The notes beneath the pieces were generated by a model. It did not search any database, was not told the DNA's origin, and saw only the letters and a program-made list of their open reading frames with translations. A DNA stretch of 64,000 nt from Candidatus Aenigmatarchaeota archaeon (lineage in GTDB: Archaea; Aenigmatarchaeota; Aenigmatarchaeia; GW2011-AR5; JAGGXF01): positions 2,410 through 66,409 of the forward strand of contig JAGGVU010000019.1 in NCBI GenBank assembly GCA_021157845.1, read 5' to 3'. The translations under genes and the position numbers were made by a program. Shown here piece after piece: positions 29,057 through 39,544 of the stretch (its first letter is position 1; each line of letters begins with the position of its first letter).

Positions 29057-30991
29057 TTATTGACCAAGAATAAAACTTCCCCTTCTGGAAGGAATTAATT
29101 TCTCTATATCATTCAAATTTATAGATTTCAAAAGATTAGCCTCTTCTTCTGTAACAGCCTTGCTGATAAAGTCTTCTTTTATGCGTCTGGCAAGTTCTGT
29201 TGCAGATGTGTCGCCCGGCTTTATTGTTGTCATGTATTTACATCTGCTTCTTATAGCCTGGGAAGGTCCATATTCAAGTTTTTTGTTTTTTATGTTAAAA
29301 CCTATTGCTATCTTTAATGGCGTTTTTTTCAGGTAATTTCTCTCTCCCTGTATCTGAAAAGAGCCTTTAGGAAGGCCAGGAACTTTTTTTACTTGATTCG
29401 GTCTTATCCAATACATATCAACATTGCCGAGCCCCATTTGCCACGCTTTTGAATATGATGCACCAAATTCTGACGCCTCTCTTATAGCAACAGGTGTTAT
29501 CTCTTTTATTTCCTTTATTCTTGCGTCTATTCTGGATTTTATAACTACAAACGGAGCTCCTTGTATTTCAGCGTGTAAAACGATATCTGTAGGTTCTACA
29601 TACTTTTTAATCAGCTGCTCATTTGTATCCGCATCTTTTCCCGCAACAACTAGAAATCCATCTGACGTCCAAAAATATCTAAACCTTTCATACCATCGTT
29701 TTTGTTTTTTTCGCTCCTTTATTTTTGGGATAAAATCATTTTGTAGTTTAGACAAAATCTTTTCAGGTGACGCTAGGCTTTTTTCTGTTTTTTTCTGTTT
29801 TTTTCTTGCATGCTTTGATTTTTCATATAGCATAGCAGCATTTTCTTCAACAGATTTTGTTATGTCAAGCTCCACGTTCTTTCCATTTAAATCTACCACA
29901 ATTATGCCGTCGTGTTCTCTTATCTCTATAATAGAATTTGCTTCTATGCTGTCTTCTTTTTCTATTATCTGTTTTATTTCGTTCCAGCTATATTTTTGTC
30001 TTGCTTTATTAATTAAATTTAAAATATCGCTAACAAGGCCATAATTTTTGTATATCAAATCTGCTTTAGCTTTTTTTTCTTTTTGTTTTTTTTCAAGTTT
30101 TTTTATCGCCTCTTTATGTTGTTTTATAATAATTTCCCTTTTTTTATCTCGCTCTTCTTCACGATTGTCGGTTTTTTCTAATCCATAATAGCTATCGATG
30201 GCCTGATTAAAGCTAGCCACCTCTTGTATTTGCTTTCCTTCATATACACAAAGCATAAATGGAATTGCATCTATAATTTTATTATTTTCTATTACAATTT
30301 TTGGTTCTGCGTTTTTTGTCATCAGTCTCTTTATTTCGTCAAATAAAATTTTAACCTTTTCTTCTTCAAGTGCTTGGCACATTATCTCTTTATCGATTGC
30401 ACTCTTATTCAGAAGTTCTTCTGCATACAATGACCCAAATCCCAGTCTCACAAGAAAGGATAAGACATCTCTTGGTGAGGCGTATATAATTCTTTTAAAT
30501 TTATTATAATCATCCTCAAACATATTGGTTTTTGGATGTTCATATGTTATGTTTGGAGCAATAATTCTATCTGACCATTTTTGATATTCAAATGCTTTTA
30601 TGATTTTATATGATTTATCTACAAAAATAAAATTGCCGTTATGAAAAAGTTCGATAATTAAAATGTAATCATCAAATATAATTTCAGCTATCCGTTCAAA
30701 ATCATATTGCCGTATCTCTTTTATGCGCTTATTTTTTAATCTCTTTCTGAGAAACATAGAGAATTCTGTCGGTTTTTCTCTTCCTTCTCTGATTTGTTTT
30801 GTAATATGAAACCTGCCAGAAGATGCAAATATTTCAAATGAGCCAATTTTTCTCACATAAACTTTTATTCTTAGATTTCTATCCTTCTTTGTTACGGTGT
30901 CTTGATAAATTTTTTCAACTCTGGCCCCTTCTAGAAATTTCATCTCCTTTATTATGAATTTCAGGTCCAGGCTTGTCATCGCTCTTTGCAC
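29057..30991 (-). CDS. rqcH: Ribosome quality-control factor RqcH/Rqc2 (NFACT)
   Basis: FSMFLRKRL, FERI, IELF, WYERFRYF, GKDADTNE, PKGSF. Confidence 0.92.
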   Translation of the reverse strand: MQRAMTSLDLKFIIKEMKFLEGARVEKIYQDTVTKKDRNLRIKVYVRKIGSFEIFASSGRFHITKQIREGREKPTEFSMFLRKRLKNKRIKEIRQYDFERIAEIIFDDYILIIELFHNGNFIFVDKSYKIIKAFEYQKWSDRIIAPNITYEHPKTNMFEDDYNKFKRIIYASPRDVLSFLVRLGFGSLYAEELLNKSAIDKEIMCQALEEEKVKILFDEIKRLMTKNAEPKIVIENNKIIDAIPFMLCVYEGKQIQEVASFNQAIDSYYGLEKTDNREEERDKKREIIIKQHKEAIKKLEKKQKEKKAKADLIYKNYGLVSDILNLINKARQKYSWNEIKQIIEKEDSIEANSIIEIREHDGIIVVDLNGKNVELDITKSVEENAAMLYEKSKHARKKQKKTEKSLASPEKILSKLQNDFIPKIKERKKQKRWYERFRYFWTSDGFLVVAGKDADTNEQLIKKYVEPTDIVLHAEIQGAPFVVIKSRIDARIKEIKEITPVAIREASEFGASYSKAWQMGLGNVDMYWIRPNQVKKVPGLPKGSFQIQGERNYLKKTPLKIAIGFNIKNKKLEYGPSQAIRSRCKYMTTIKPGDTSATELARRIKEDFISKAVTEEEANLLKSINLNDIEKLIPSRRGSFILGQ

Positions 30992-31463
30992 TTTTTATCA
31001 CCTTTTTTATAATTTGTTTTTTAACCCCAAAATATTTTTCAAAATTTGGGGTTGTTGTAATGATTTTTGTTCTAGACTTTTTTTCTGTTTTTATAAATCC
31101 CCTCCTTTCCAATTCTTTTATATATTCATATGTTCTATTTCCGATAACTTTGACAATTTCCGATTGTTTTATAGGTTCATAATAAGATATTATAGACAAC
31201 ACGCGCAATACCCCTCTTGACATATCTGCGTGGCTGGTAAGCCTAGAAACCTTTTCGAGGTATTCATCCTTAACTACTAACTTGTACCCGCCAATATTGC
31301 TTAGTTTTATTCCTCTTTCTTCGTTTGCATACAATTCTTTTAAATCATTTAGTAACCACTTAATTTCTTCTTCAGATGTCTTCAATATCCTACTCAGCTG
31401 CTTTATACTGCACGGTTCCTCTGCTGTAAATAAACAGGCTTCAAGCAGGGCTAATTTATTCAT
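30915..31463 (-). CDS. scpB: SMC accessory subunit ScpB
   Basis: LEACLF, LSIISYYEPIKQS, TTPNFEKYFG; adjacent to scpA and smc. Confidence 0.92.
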   Translation of the reverse strand: MNKLALLEACLFTAEEPCSIKQLSRILKTSEEEIKWLLNDLKELYANEERGIKLSNIGGYKLVVKDEYLEKVSRLTSHADMSRGVLRVLSIISYYEPIKQSEIVKVIGNRTYEYIKELERRGFIKTEKKSRTKIITTTPNFEKYFGVKKQIIKKVIKSAKSDDKPGPEIHNKGDEISRRGQS

Positions 31464-32131
31464 TTAACCACCGGGTTTTTTGTAAAAATGAATATCTCAT
31501 CAAAAAATCTCTCCTGAAGATAAAATATCTTTTTTGCATTTAAGAGGTGTAAGAGTGGAAGAAAAACATAAATAATATTTTTTCGTGTCCAGACACCAAC
31601 CAAAGTGGAAAATGCTATTTTTTCATCTGTATAGCTATTTATTTTTTTCATTAAATTATCCGTTCTTTTTTCTATATCCTCCTCATATTTTATAAGCGTT
31701 TCAAAAGTTCTTTTAAGTTTTATCTTTTTCATTTTTTTCTTTTCTTTAAATGCAAATGCCTTCTGCAAGGCCTGTACAAGCTCTGTAATTTTTACTTTCC
31801 TTTTTGGCACCCGCTTTATCGGAGCTTCCAAAGATTTTATATGGCTTATTTCCAGAGGAGTTATTTCTTTCTCCTCTCTTCTTTCTTTCTCCTCTTCCAA
31901 TAATATATCACACTTCATACGAAGCAAAATTGCAGCTACCAAAATAAATCTAGCAGGTATTCTAAAGTCAAAAAATTTTAGTGTATTCAGATATGTTACA
32001 AATGCGTCAGTTAATTTTATTATATCTATTGACCATGGGTCCATATTCTCGTCTATAACTATATTTGTTATGACTTCTTCCCAGTCTGAACTTATTATTA
32101 TATTTTTTATAAGCTCCTGTTCCTTTATCAC
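31460..32131 (-). CDS. scpA: Kleisin ScpA
   Basis: MDPWSIDI, ILVAAILLRMK, FLPLLHL. Confidence 0.92.
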   Translation of the reverse strand: MIKEQELIKNIIISSDWEEVITNIVIDENMDPWSIDIIKLTDAFVTYLNTLKFFDFRIPARFILVAAILLRMKCDILLEEEKERREEKEITPLEISHIKSLEAPIKRVPKRKVKITELVQALQKAFAFKEKKKMKKIKLKRTFETLIKYEEDIEKRTDNLMKKINSYTDEKIAFSTLVGVWTRKNIIYVFLPLLHLLNAKKIFYLQERFFDEIFIFTKNPVVK

Positions 32132-32165
32132 TTTAACACCCGGTTAATTTACTTCGGCGACGATA

Positions 32166-34622
32166 CTATTTTTCAGGCATCTTTATCGCAAGTATTTTTG
32201 ACACGCCATCCTGCATAGAAACGCCAAATAATTTATCGGCAACTGCCAATGTTGTTTCATTGTGGGTTATAACTATAAATTGCATGTTTTTTGAATATTT
32301 TTTTATAAGGTTATTAATTTTTTTTGTATTTGCTTTATCCAGAGATGCGTCTACTTCATCAAGCACATAAAATGGTGCAGATTTATATTGCTGTATTGCA
32401 AATAGAAATGCCAATGCTGTTATTGCTTTCTCGCCGCCAGACATGAGATCTATATTTACTAGACTTTTTCCTTTTGGTATTGCCTCTATTACAAGACCAG
32501 AATCTATGTTTTCTCTCTCCTCCAGTTTTAATACGCCTTCGCCACCAGTCAAATCTTTATAAATAACTGAAAAATTTTTTTCTATTTTTTTCAGTGTTTC
32601 CATGAATCTGCCTTTTCTTTTCGATTCTATCTCTTCAGCAGTTTTTAGGATAGCTCCCTTTTCGTCTAATAGTTTATCTAATTTTAGTTTTAGTTCTCCA
32701 AACTCAACATCAGCAATTTTATATTCTTCTATTGCCCGCAGATTTACGGGTCCTATTTTATTTATCTCACTTATTATTGCCCTTATCTTATTTCTAAGTT
32801 CGTCAACGGGTTCGTTATAAAATTTTTTAATGTGCTTGAATTCGTTTTTTTCAATCTTAAGATTATCCAAAATAGCCTCTTTTTTCGCTCTTTTTATTTT
32901 AAGTTCACTTATTTTTCTTTGAAACTCCATCCTTTTTTCAAATAAATCTTTTCTGCTATTTTTTCGCTCTTTTATACATTTTTCAAGTTTTGATATTTTT
33001 TCTTCTAACTCTGATGTTCCTTTAAACTCTTTCTTTTTGAGTTTTTTCAAATTTTCCATCTTTTTTGTCAGAGATTTTATTTCTTCCTTTAATCTTTTGT
33101 TTTCTTCCGCTAACTTTTTCTTTTCTTCCTCAGTCTTTCGAATGCTTATTTTACCCCCCTTTATAATATTATACCCCCCACGAATTGCTCCGCTTGGCTC
33201 AATTACATCTCCGTCCAATGTGACTATTTTTATTCGAATTTTTTTTATTATATGCTTGGCATCTTCGATTGTTTTAACGATAAATGTGTTTCCAAGAACA
33301 TATTCGACAATATTTTTATATTTTGGATCATAGCTGAGAAGGTCTATGGCAAATCCTATTCCTATCTTTTTCAATTCTTCAGGGAGGTCTATCTTTTTTT
33401 TGCCTTTTATCCTATCCAACGGAAGGAAACGCGCCTGCCCAATTTTTTCTCTTTTTAGAAACTTAACCAATTCTATTGCCAAATTGGTGGAATCAACAAT
33501 TATGTCACTTTCATGTCCACGAATGGCTGTTTGTATAGCTGTTTCATATTCTTTTTTTGTAGAAATAATTGAAGAAAATGTTCCATAAACCCCATCCTTT
33601 TTAAGTTCAGCTATCTGTTTTACTGCCCTGTTTTTTGGCACTTCTCCCAAAAACTTTTCAATTCTCTCAATCTCTCTTTTATTAAGCTCTATTTTATCCC
33701 TTTTTCTTAAAATAGATACGCCAAGCTCATCTATTTTTTTTGATGTTGAAAAATCTTTTGTCTTTTTTATTATTTCGCTTTGTAATTTCTGTATTTGTTT
33801 TTCAACATTTTCAACTTCTTTGTCTACAGAAGAAAATTTTTCATTTAATCGTGTAAATTCATTTTCAAGGTTTTTAATTTGGGCAGATATTGTATTCCAC
33901 TCATCTTGTGCATTTTCAAGTTTTTTCTTGACAAGAGAAGCCTTTAATTTTTCTAATTTTTTTTCAAGTTGTAAATATTTTTCAGCATTTCGTTTTTCCT
34001 CCTCGAGTTTTCTTTTTAGCCGCTCCTTTTCGTTGACTATTATAAGCATTTCCCTTACTCTGGTTTCTATATGCTCTAATTCTTGCATGGCCTTTTTCTT
34101 TTTTTCATCAAATTCCGCTATTCCACAGATGTCGTCTATTATTCCTTTCCGTTCCTGTGTATTCATCTCAATAACTCTTGTGACATCACCCTGAACGATT
34201 ATGTTGTAACCATCTGCATAGAGGTTTGCGTTTGCCAAAATATCGACAAATTTTCTTTTTGTCACGTTTTTGCCATTTATTTTATAAACCGAGGTTCCCT
34301 TTCTATTAACCTTTCTTGTTATTTTAATTTCTTCCTCTTTTAGAGGTATTTGCCCATCTTTATTGTCCAGATACAAAGAAACTTCTGCGTAGGAAGCCGG
34401 CTTTCTATCTTTTCCACCGTTAAAAATTAGTGTTTGAAGTTTGTTTGCTCTTATCATTTTTGCAGATGATACACCGAGAACGAACATTATTGCGTCAACA
34501 ATATTGCTTTTTCCAGATCCGTTTGGGCCCGCTATCACGTTGAACCCCGTTGGGAACGGTATGCTAACTTTATCTGCAAAAGATTTGAAACCTCTCAATG
34601 TAATTCTGTTTATTCTAACCAT
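32166..34622 (-). CDS. smc: SMC protein with short arms (818 aa)
   Basis: GFKSF, GPNGSGKSN, QGD, hinge (GVYG..RFLPLD..VTLDGD..GAIRGG), MSGGEK, LDEVD, ITH. Confidence 0.95.
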   Translation of the reverse strand: MVRINRITLRGFKSFADKVSIPFPTGFNVIAGPNGSGKSNIVDAIMFVLGVSSAKMIRANKLQTLIFNGGKDRKPASYAEVSLYLDNKDGQIPLKEEEIKITRKVNRKGTSVYKINGKNVTKRKFVDILANANLYADGYNIIVQGDVTRVIEMNTQERKGIIDDICGIAEFDEKKKKAMQELEHIETRVREMLIIVNEKERLKRKLEEEKRNAEKYLQLEKKLEKLKASLVKKKLENAQDEWNTISAQIKNLENEFTRLNEKFSSVDKEVENVEKQIQKLQSEIIKKTKDFSTSKKIDELGVSILRKRDKIELNKREIERIEKFLGEVPKNRAVKQIAELKKDGVYGTFSSIISTKKEYETAIQTAIRGHESDIIVDSTNLAIELVKFLKREKIGQARFLPLDRIKGKKKIDLPEELKKIGIGFAIDLLSYDPKYKNIVEYVLGNTFIVKTIEDAKHIIKKIRIKIVTLDGDVIEPSGAIRGGYNIIKGGKISIRKTEEEKKKLAEENKRLKEEIKSLTKKMENLKKLKKKEFKGTSELEEKISKLEKCIKERKNSRKDLFEKRMEFQRKISELKIKRAKKEAILDNLKIEKNEFKHIKKFYNEPVDELRNKIRAIISEINKIGPVNLRAIEEYKIADVEFGELKLKLDKLLDEKGAILKTAEEIESKRKGRFMETLKKIEKNFSVIYKDLTGGEGVLKLEERENIDSGLVIEAIPKGKSLVNIDLMSGGEKAITALAFLFAIQQYKSAPFYVLDEVDASLDKANTKKINNLIKKYSKNMQFIVITHNETTLAVADKLFGVSMQDGVSKILAIKMPEK

Positions 34623-34740
34623 AATACCAACTATTAATTAGTTGTTTACCTAATTAATAAATTTTATTAATAAAAATTACGCTGCTGATTGTTTATTTGA
34701 TAGAATAGTGAATAGGCCAAAAATAATGAGCAAAGGAGTT

Positions 34741-35928
34741 TTAAAAGCCCAGCTTTTCTTTAATCCCAACTATAGCTAATTTAGATATAAGTTTCATTAA
34801 TTTTGACAGATTGCCACTTGTTATTTCTTCTATCTTCTTTTTGTCAAGCTCGTTTGCAAGTGTATTGAGCTGTCTGTCAGACAACTTTTCAAATAGTGTC
34901 TTGGCTTTTTCCAAGTTTTTTAGCTTGTTTCCACGCTCTTTCCACCAAATCCTGTTATAGTTTGAAAGCCCTCTTCTCGACACGTCATTCTTTGCTATAG
35001 CGTCTGATATGACGGTTCCTGCTATCTTTCCAGCTATTATGGATTCTGCCAAACCACCGCCGTGTAACGGGTTAATTTGGTGCGCAGCATCACCGACAAC
35101 AAGCAGGCCGTTCATAACCATATCATGCATAACCCCACCCAGTGGAATTGCTCCTCCATTGACCTCAATTATGCTCCCTTTTTCAAACTTTCTATTGGTT
35201 TTTATAAATTTGTCAAGATACGCTTTTGCTGTTCTTGAATTTTCAGCTGATATGCCAATGCCAACATTTGCCCTGTCTTCCCCCTTTGGAAATATCCAGA
35301 TATATCCTCCCGGAGCTATTTTCTGGCCAAAATAAAATTCAAGCTTTTTTTTATCTTCTAAATCAATACCAGCCATTTCATACTGGAATCCAGAATCAAA
35401 AAAATTTGGGCTGCTTGGTATTTTCATCCCAGCCTTTTTTGCTATCGTCGATTCTGCCCCATCTGCTGCTACGACAACTTTTGCTCTAATATCAAAATGT
35501 TCAGAGAGAAATTTTGCATGAATACCTTTTACAAAATCACTTTCTTTTATAATACCATCAACAATAGTCTTTGTCTGTATTTGTGCTCCCGCTTTACAAG
35601 CTTCTAAAGCAAGCCATTTGTCAAACTTTTTTCTGTCTATAATATAGCCAACATCTTTCCCATAGTCCATCACTATTTTCTTCCCGTTAGGAGCATATAG
35701 AAGTGCGCCATTTATATATTGATCCACCCACTTTTCATTTCTTTTCAAGCCTATTTGGTTAAGTGCATAATCCCCAAAGCCTTCTCCGCATCTTTTCGGG
35801 CAGCCCAGTTCTTGGTTTCTATCAACTATTAAGACATCAAGGCCACTTCTCGCAATTGCAAGGGCGGTGGACGATCCGGCCGGGCCAGCACCGACAACAA
35901 CAACGTCATATTCGTCTTTTATTATCAT
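34741..35928 (-). CDS. Geranylgeranyl (DGGGPL) reductase
   Basis: GAGPAG, PKRCGEG, PGGYIWIFPKG, VGDAA. Confidence 0.92.
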   Translation of the reverse strand: MIIKDEYDVVVVGAGPAGSSTALAIARSGLDVLIVDRNQELGCPKRCGEGFGDYALNQIGLKRNEKWVDQYINGALLYAPNGKKIVMDYGKDVGYIIDRKKFDKWLALEACKAGAQIQTKTIVDGIIKESDFVKGIHAKFLSEHFDIRAKVVVAADGAESTIAKKAGMKIPSSPNFFDSGFQYEMAGIDLEDKKKLEFYFGQKIAPGGYIWIFPKGEDRANVGIGISAENSRTAKAYLDKFIKTNRKFEKGSIIEVNGGAIPLGGVMHDMVMNGLLVVGDAAHQINPLHGGGLAESIIAGKIAGTVISDAIAKNDVSRRGLSNYNRIWWKERGNKLKNLEKAKTLFEKLSDRQLNTLANELDKKKIEEITSGNLSKLMKLISKLAIVGIKEKLGF

Positions 35929-36098
35929 TTAGACACCTCTAATTTTAACGCCCCAACAGGACAAAAATTTATACATGCTTTACATTTAATACATTTGTCA
36001 TTATCACATTTTAGTTCGCTTTCAAGCTTTAGTGCCTGCACAGGACAAACAGAAACACATCCACCGCATTTCAGGCATTTTTCTTTGTTTATTATCAT
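35925..36098 (-). CDS. 2x[4Fe-4S] ferredoxin, absent from the ORF track
   Basis: 57 aa with CLKCGGCVSVCP and CIKCKACINFCP; ATGA overlap with the reductase. Confidence 0.92.
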   Translation of the reverse strand: MIINKEKCLKCGGCVSVCPVQALKLESELKCDNDKCIKCKACINFCPVGALKLEVSK

Positions 36099-36148
36099 AC
36101 TATCACTTATAATTGAACTAACTAAAAGTTTTCGGCAAGGTATATATT

Positions 36149-36793
36149 ATGAATAACATAAAAGAAAAATATTTAAAAAAGATTCAACACGCAGCAGAAT
36201 CTATAATATATCTTGACGAAGTTAATAATCTTGTAATTAAGAAAAGAATTAAAAAAAGATATAGGCTTCCAGAAATTGATGATTCATTAAGAAAATTTCG
36301 CACAAAATCAGAGGCATCTCTTATAAGGAAAGCATCACGCATAGGTATTGATGTTCCAAAAATTTTTTGTGTCGGAGATGATGAAATAAAAATGGAGTAT
36401 TTGGGCAAAAAAAAGATAAGAGATGTTATAACCAAAAAAAATTATGTAAAAATATGTGAGAAAATCGGATTTTTTATTTCGCAGCTGCATAAAAATAATA
36501 TTATTCATGGTGATCTAACAACCTCTAATATGATTCTTAAGGGGGATAGAATCTATTTGATAGATTTTGGGCTTGGGTTTCATAGCAGTCGTATAGAAGA
36601 CAAAGCGACTGATTTACATCTTCTTTTCAAGGCTTTAGAGTCGACACATTTTAGCTTATCGCATGATGCGTGGAATGTTATTATTAACAGCTATAAAGAG
36701 AACTATGGGGACGCAGATAGGGTTTTGAGCCGGTTGAAAAAAATAAAAGAAAGAGGCAGATATAAAAAGAACCCAGATAGAAAAGGTTTTTAA
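36149..36793 (+). CDS. bud32: KEOPS kinase Bud32
   Basis: AES, RTKSEA, HGDLTTSN, IDFGL, EDKATDL, RGRY. Confidence 0.93.
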   Translation: MNNIKEKYLKKIQHAAESIIYLDEVNNLVIKKRIKKRYRLPEIDDSLRKFRTKSEASLIRKASRIGIDVPKIFCVGDDEIKMEYLGKKKIRDVITKKNYVKICEKIGFFISQLHKNNIIHGDLTTSNMILKGDRIYLIDFGLGFHSSRIEDKATDLHLLFKALESTHFSLSHDAWNVIINSYKENYGDADRVLSRLKKIKERGRYKKNPDRKGF

Positions 36794-36820
36794 ACCTTTT
36801 CTCCCTTATTAAAAGCATAC

Positions 36821-36860
36821 TCCTACCGCCCTAATGCCGGTATGTTGGGTTAGCGGAGGT
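36821..36860 (+). promoter_or_regulatory. GC-rich hairpin in the 5' leader of rps15 (candidate r-leader)
   Basis: CCT-CCGC-CCTAA pairs with TTGGG-GCGG-AGG, between a BRE/TATA (~36782-36794) and the ATG. Confidence 0.5.
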
Positions 36861-36882
36861 TTTTTGATAATAAGTGAAGAAA

Positions 36883-37332
36883 ATGGCTAGAATGTATTCC
36901 AGAAAACATGGAAAATCAGGTTCGAAAAGACCAGCAAAATACAGCCACAGCTGGGTTATGTATAATAAAGAGGAAATAGAACGGCTTATTATTAAGTTAG
37001 CAAAAGAAGGAAAATCCAGCAGCGAGATAGGAATGATTTTAAGAGATGTGTATGGCATACCTCTTGTAAAAGAGTTCAATTTAAAGATAACTGAAGTTCT
37101 TAAGAAGCACAACCTTGGAAAAGAAATACCAGAAGATTTGTACAACCTGATAAAAAAGGCAGTCAAAATTAGGGAGCATCTTGAAAGAAATAAGCGGGAT
37201 AATATAACAAAAAGAGGGCTTGAACTGACAGAATCAAAAATCAGACGGCTTGGAAAATATTATATTAAAAATAAGAAATTACCGCCCGATTGGAGTTATA
37301 ATCCTGAGAAGGCGAAACTTTTAGTTAAATAA
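36883..37332 (+). CDS. rps15: 30S ribosomal protein uS15
   Basis: MARMYSRKHGKSGS, IPEDL, LTESKIRRL. Confidence 0.97.
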   Translation: MARMYSRKHGKSGSKRPAKYSHSWVMYNKEEIERLIIKLAKEGKSSSEIGMILRDVYGIPLVKEFNLKITEVLKKHNLGKEIPEDLYNLIKKAVKIREHLERNKRDNITKRGLELTESKIRRLGKYYIKNKKLPPDWSYNPEKAKLLVK

Positions 37333-37342
37333 GGATGATTTT

Positions 37343-37912
37343 ATGGCTATTAAAAAAGACTGGTATCAGATATTTGCACCACCTATATTTGGAAAAAGAG
37401 TAATAGCAGAAACTTTATGCTCAGAATCTGAGCACATACTGGGAAGAACAGTACATATAAGCCTAGCAGAACTTACGAATAATATTTCAAAATTTTATAT
37501 GATAATGCATTTTAAAATTGTGCAACTAGATGGGCACAACGCGTTTACAGAATTTGTTGGTCACAACATTATGACAGACCAGATATATAGAATGGTGTCC
37601 AAAGGAAAATCACGAATAGATAACGTGGAAGACATGGTAACGAAAGACGGGAAAAAAATAAGGATAAAAATATTAACCATTTTATACAAAAAATCAAAAA
37701 CTTCTGTTAAATCCGCGGTAAGAAAAACTATTTCTAATAAGCTGCAAGAGCTTATAAAAAACAAGACAGTTGGGGATATCGTAAAGATGATAGTTTCTGG
37801 AGATTTGCAAAAGAGCTTAAAGGAAAGCGTAAAAAAGATATATCCAGTACGAACTATTGAGATACGAAAATCCGAGATCATTTCTGGGAAAAATAAATCC
37901 AGTAACGCCTAA
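37343..37912 (+). CDS. rps3ae: 30S ribosomal protein eS1 (S3Ae)
   Basis: KDWYQIFAP, KIYPVRTIEIRKSE. Confidence 0.95.
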   Translation: MAIKKDWYQIFAPPIFGKRVIAETLCSESEHILGRTVHISLAELTNNISKFYMIMHFKIVQLDGHNAFTEFVGHNIMTDQIYRMVSKGKSRIDNVEDMVTKDGKKIRIKILTILYKKSKTSVKSAVRKTISNKLQELIKNKTVGDIVKMIVSGDLQKSLKESVKKIYPVRTIEIRKSEIISGKNKSSNA

Positions 37913-38036
37913 TAATTTATAACATAAACCGATTTGGGACACAATTTTCTTGCTGCCGAGAGAGAGCCCAACTTAATTTTTAAGTTTAGAAAAAATATGT
38001 GCAAACCATCCGCCGTTAATACCGCTAGCGTTTTAT

Positions 38037-38249
38037 TTATTCGGTTTTTGCATTCACAGCAGCAGAAATCCAAAAAACACCTGCTGAAAGCAGAAGAATA
38101 AAAGTAATCAAAAGCGATAAAATGTAACTAGTTGTGGTTGTTCCTTCTACATATGCAATATTTCCGGCTATCATAGAGCCAAGCAGTAAGCATATGGTTC
38201 CAATTATCCACAATCCATGTACATGAAAATTAAATTTCATATATACCAC
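38037..38249 (-). CDS. Small two-TM membrane protein
   Basis: 70 aa with two hydrophobic helices. Confidence 0.65.
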   Translation of the reverse strand: MVYMKFNFHVHGLWIIGTICLLLGSMIAGNIAYVEGTTTTSYILSLLITFILLLSAGVFWISAAVNAKTE

Positions 38250-38284
38250 CTTACAAATATATTGTTTTTAATTTTTAAATACAC

Positions 38285-39544
38285 TTATTTTTTTCTGCGA
38301 CCTTTTCTTCTTTTAGCTGATCTCTTTTTTTTAGATGAGGTTTTGCCATTTTCAATATCTTCTATTATTTTACTAATGTCTCTTACAAACCTTCTTACAT
38401 ATTCTCTTGCGAGCTGAACATCTTTTTCACTGATTTTATTTTCTTTCTTTTCAGCTACCATTTTCCTCATTGTTATGACTTTCTTGAACAAATCTCTATA
38501 TGAACTTTTTATTAACCCGGTTTCTATCAACTCTTTTTCTATAGCACGTGGAAGATCAGCCGGGTCTTCTGGAAGCTTATCCAGTTTCTTTAGCGTAGCA
38601 ACGACTGCCTTTATCATTATTTCATAGTTTTTAATTATAATATTTTCCTTTTTTTTCTTTTCTAGTGAAGAGAAAATTGACAGCATCTGCTTTAGATATG
38701 ATTTTGAAACTTTGATGAATTTATCTAATTCTCTTCCGCTTATTTTGGTTATTTTCTTATGCTCCACGTCTTTTCTGAATTGTACAATTTTTCTCAGGTC
38801 TGAGAGATATTTTCTTTTTAGTAATTTGTTTTTAACTAAATGCTTTTCAACCCCACTTACAATATGTTTCGGAGCAGGTGCCTCCACGCCCATGTACATA
38901 AGAACTGCTTGTGAAGAGTTTAGCATAGCATAGTAAACATCTTCCGCAACCATATATAACTTGGCCATTTCAACCCTTTGAATTTTTTTAGGTGCCCCCT
39001 CTATTAACAATGAGACTGCCTCTATCGTTCCCGGTATTTTACCAAGTTCCAAGAGTTTTCTTGTTGGTATGAAAAATCCTGTATCATAGAGTGCCCAACC
39101 GTCTCTTACTATCGTGTATAATAATGGATGGCCTATTCGCGCCATTTCCCAAAATTCTGTTAATGTCCACGATGGCTGAACATTTATATCTTTTGAAATA
39201 CTTTTTCCAATCTCCTGTATTTTTTTATCAAACACATTTTTCATCTCTTCTGTAAACCTAGCAGTAGTATCATCGATTATGACAAGAAGATCCACATCGC
39301 TTTTTTCATTAAAATCTCCACGAGCAAAAGAACCAAATATAACAACAGACTTGACAATTTTTCCAAATTTCTTGACAATCTTGTTTTTAAACTCTTCCGC
39401 TGCTTTAAGCTGCTTTTTCTTTAACCTTTCCAACGCTTTTTTTCTTTTCTTTTCCAGTTTTTCAATTTTTTGTTTTTCATCTATTTCCTCTTTTCTCAAT
39501 TTTTGTTCCATTTTTTCATTCAGAGTTGCCATGATAATCACCAA
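38285..39544 (-). CDS. Minimal nucleotidyltransferase fused to HEPN-like domain(s)
   Basis: GSFARG..SDVDLLVIID; HEPN-type YYAM..AVL and RKDVEH (Rx4H). Confidence 0.8.
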   Translation of the reverse strand: MVIIMATLNEKMEQKLRKEEIDEKQKIEKLEKKRKKALERLKKKQLKAAEEFKNKIVKKFGKIVKSVVIFGSFARGDFNEKSDVDLLVIIDDTTARFTEEMKNVFDKKIQEIGKSISKDINVQPSWTLTEFWEMARIGHPLLYTIVRDGWALYDTGFFIPTRKLLELGKIPGTIEAVSLLIEGAPKKIQRVEMAKLYMVAEDVYYAMLNSSQAVLMYMGVEAPAPKHIVSGVEKHLVKNKLLKRKYLSDLRKIVQFRKDVEHKKITKISGRELDKFIKVSKSYLKQMLSIFSSLEKKKKENIIIKNYEIMIKAVVATLKKLDKLPEDPADLPRAIEKELIETGLIKSSYRDLFKKVITMRKMVAEKKENKISEKDVQLAREYVRRFVRDISKIIEDIENGKTSSKKKRSAKRRKGRRKK

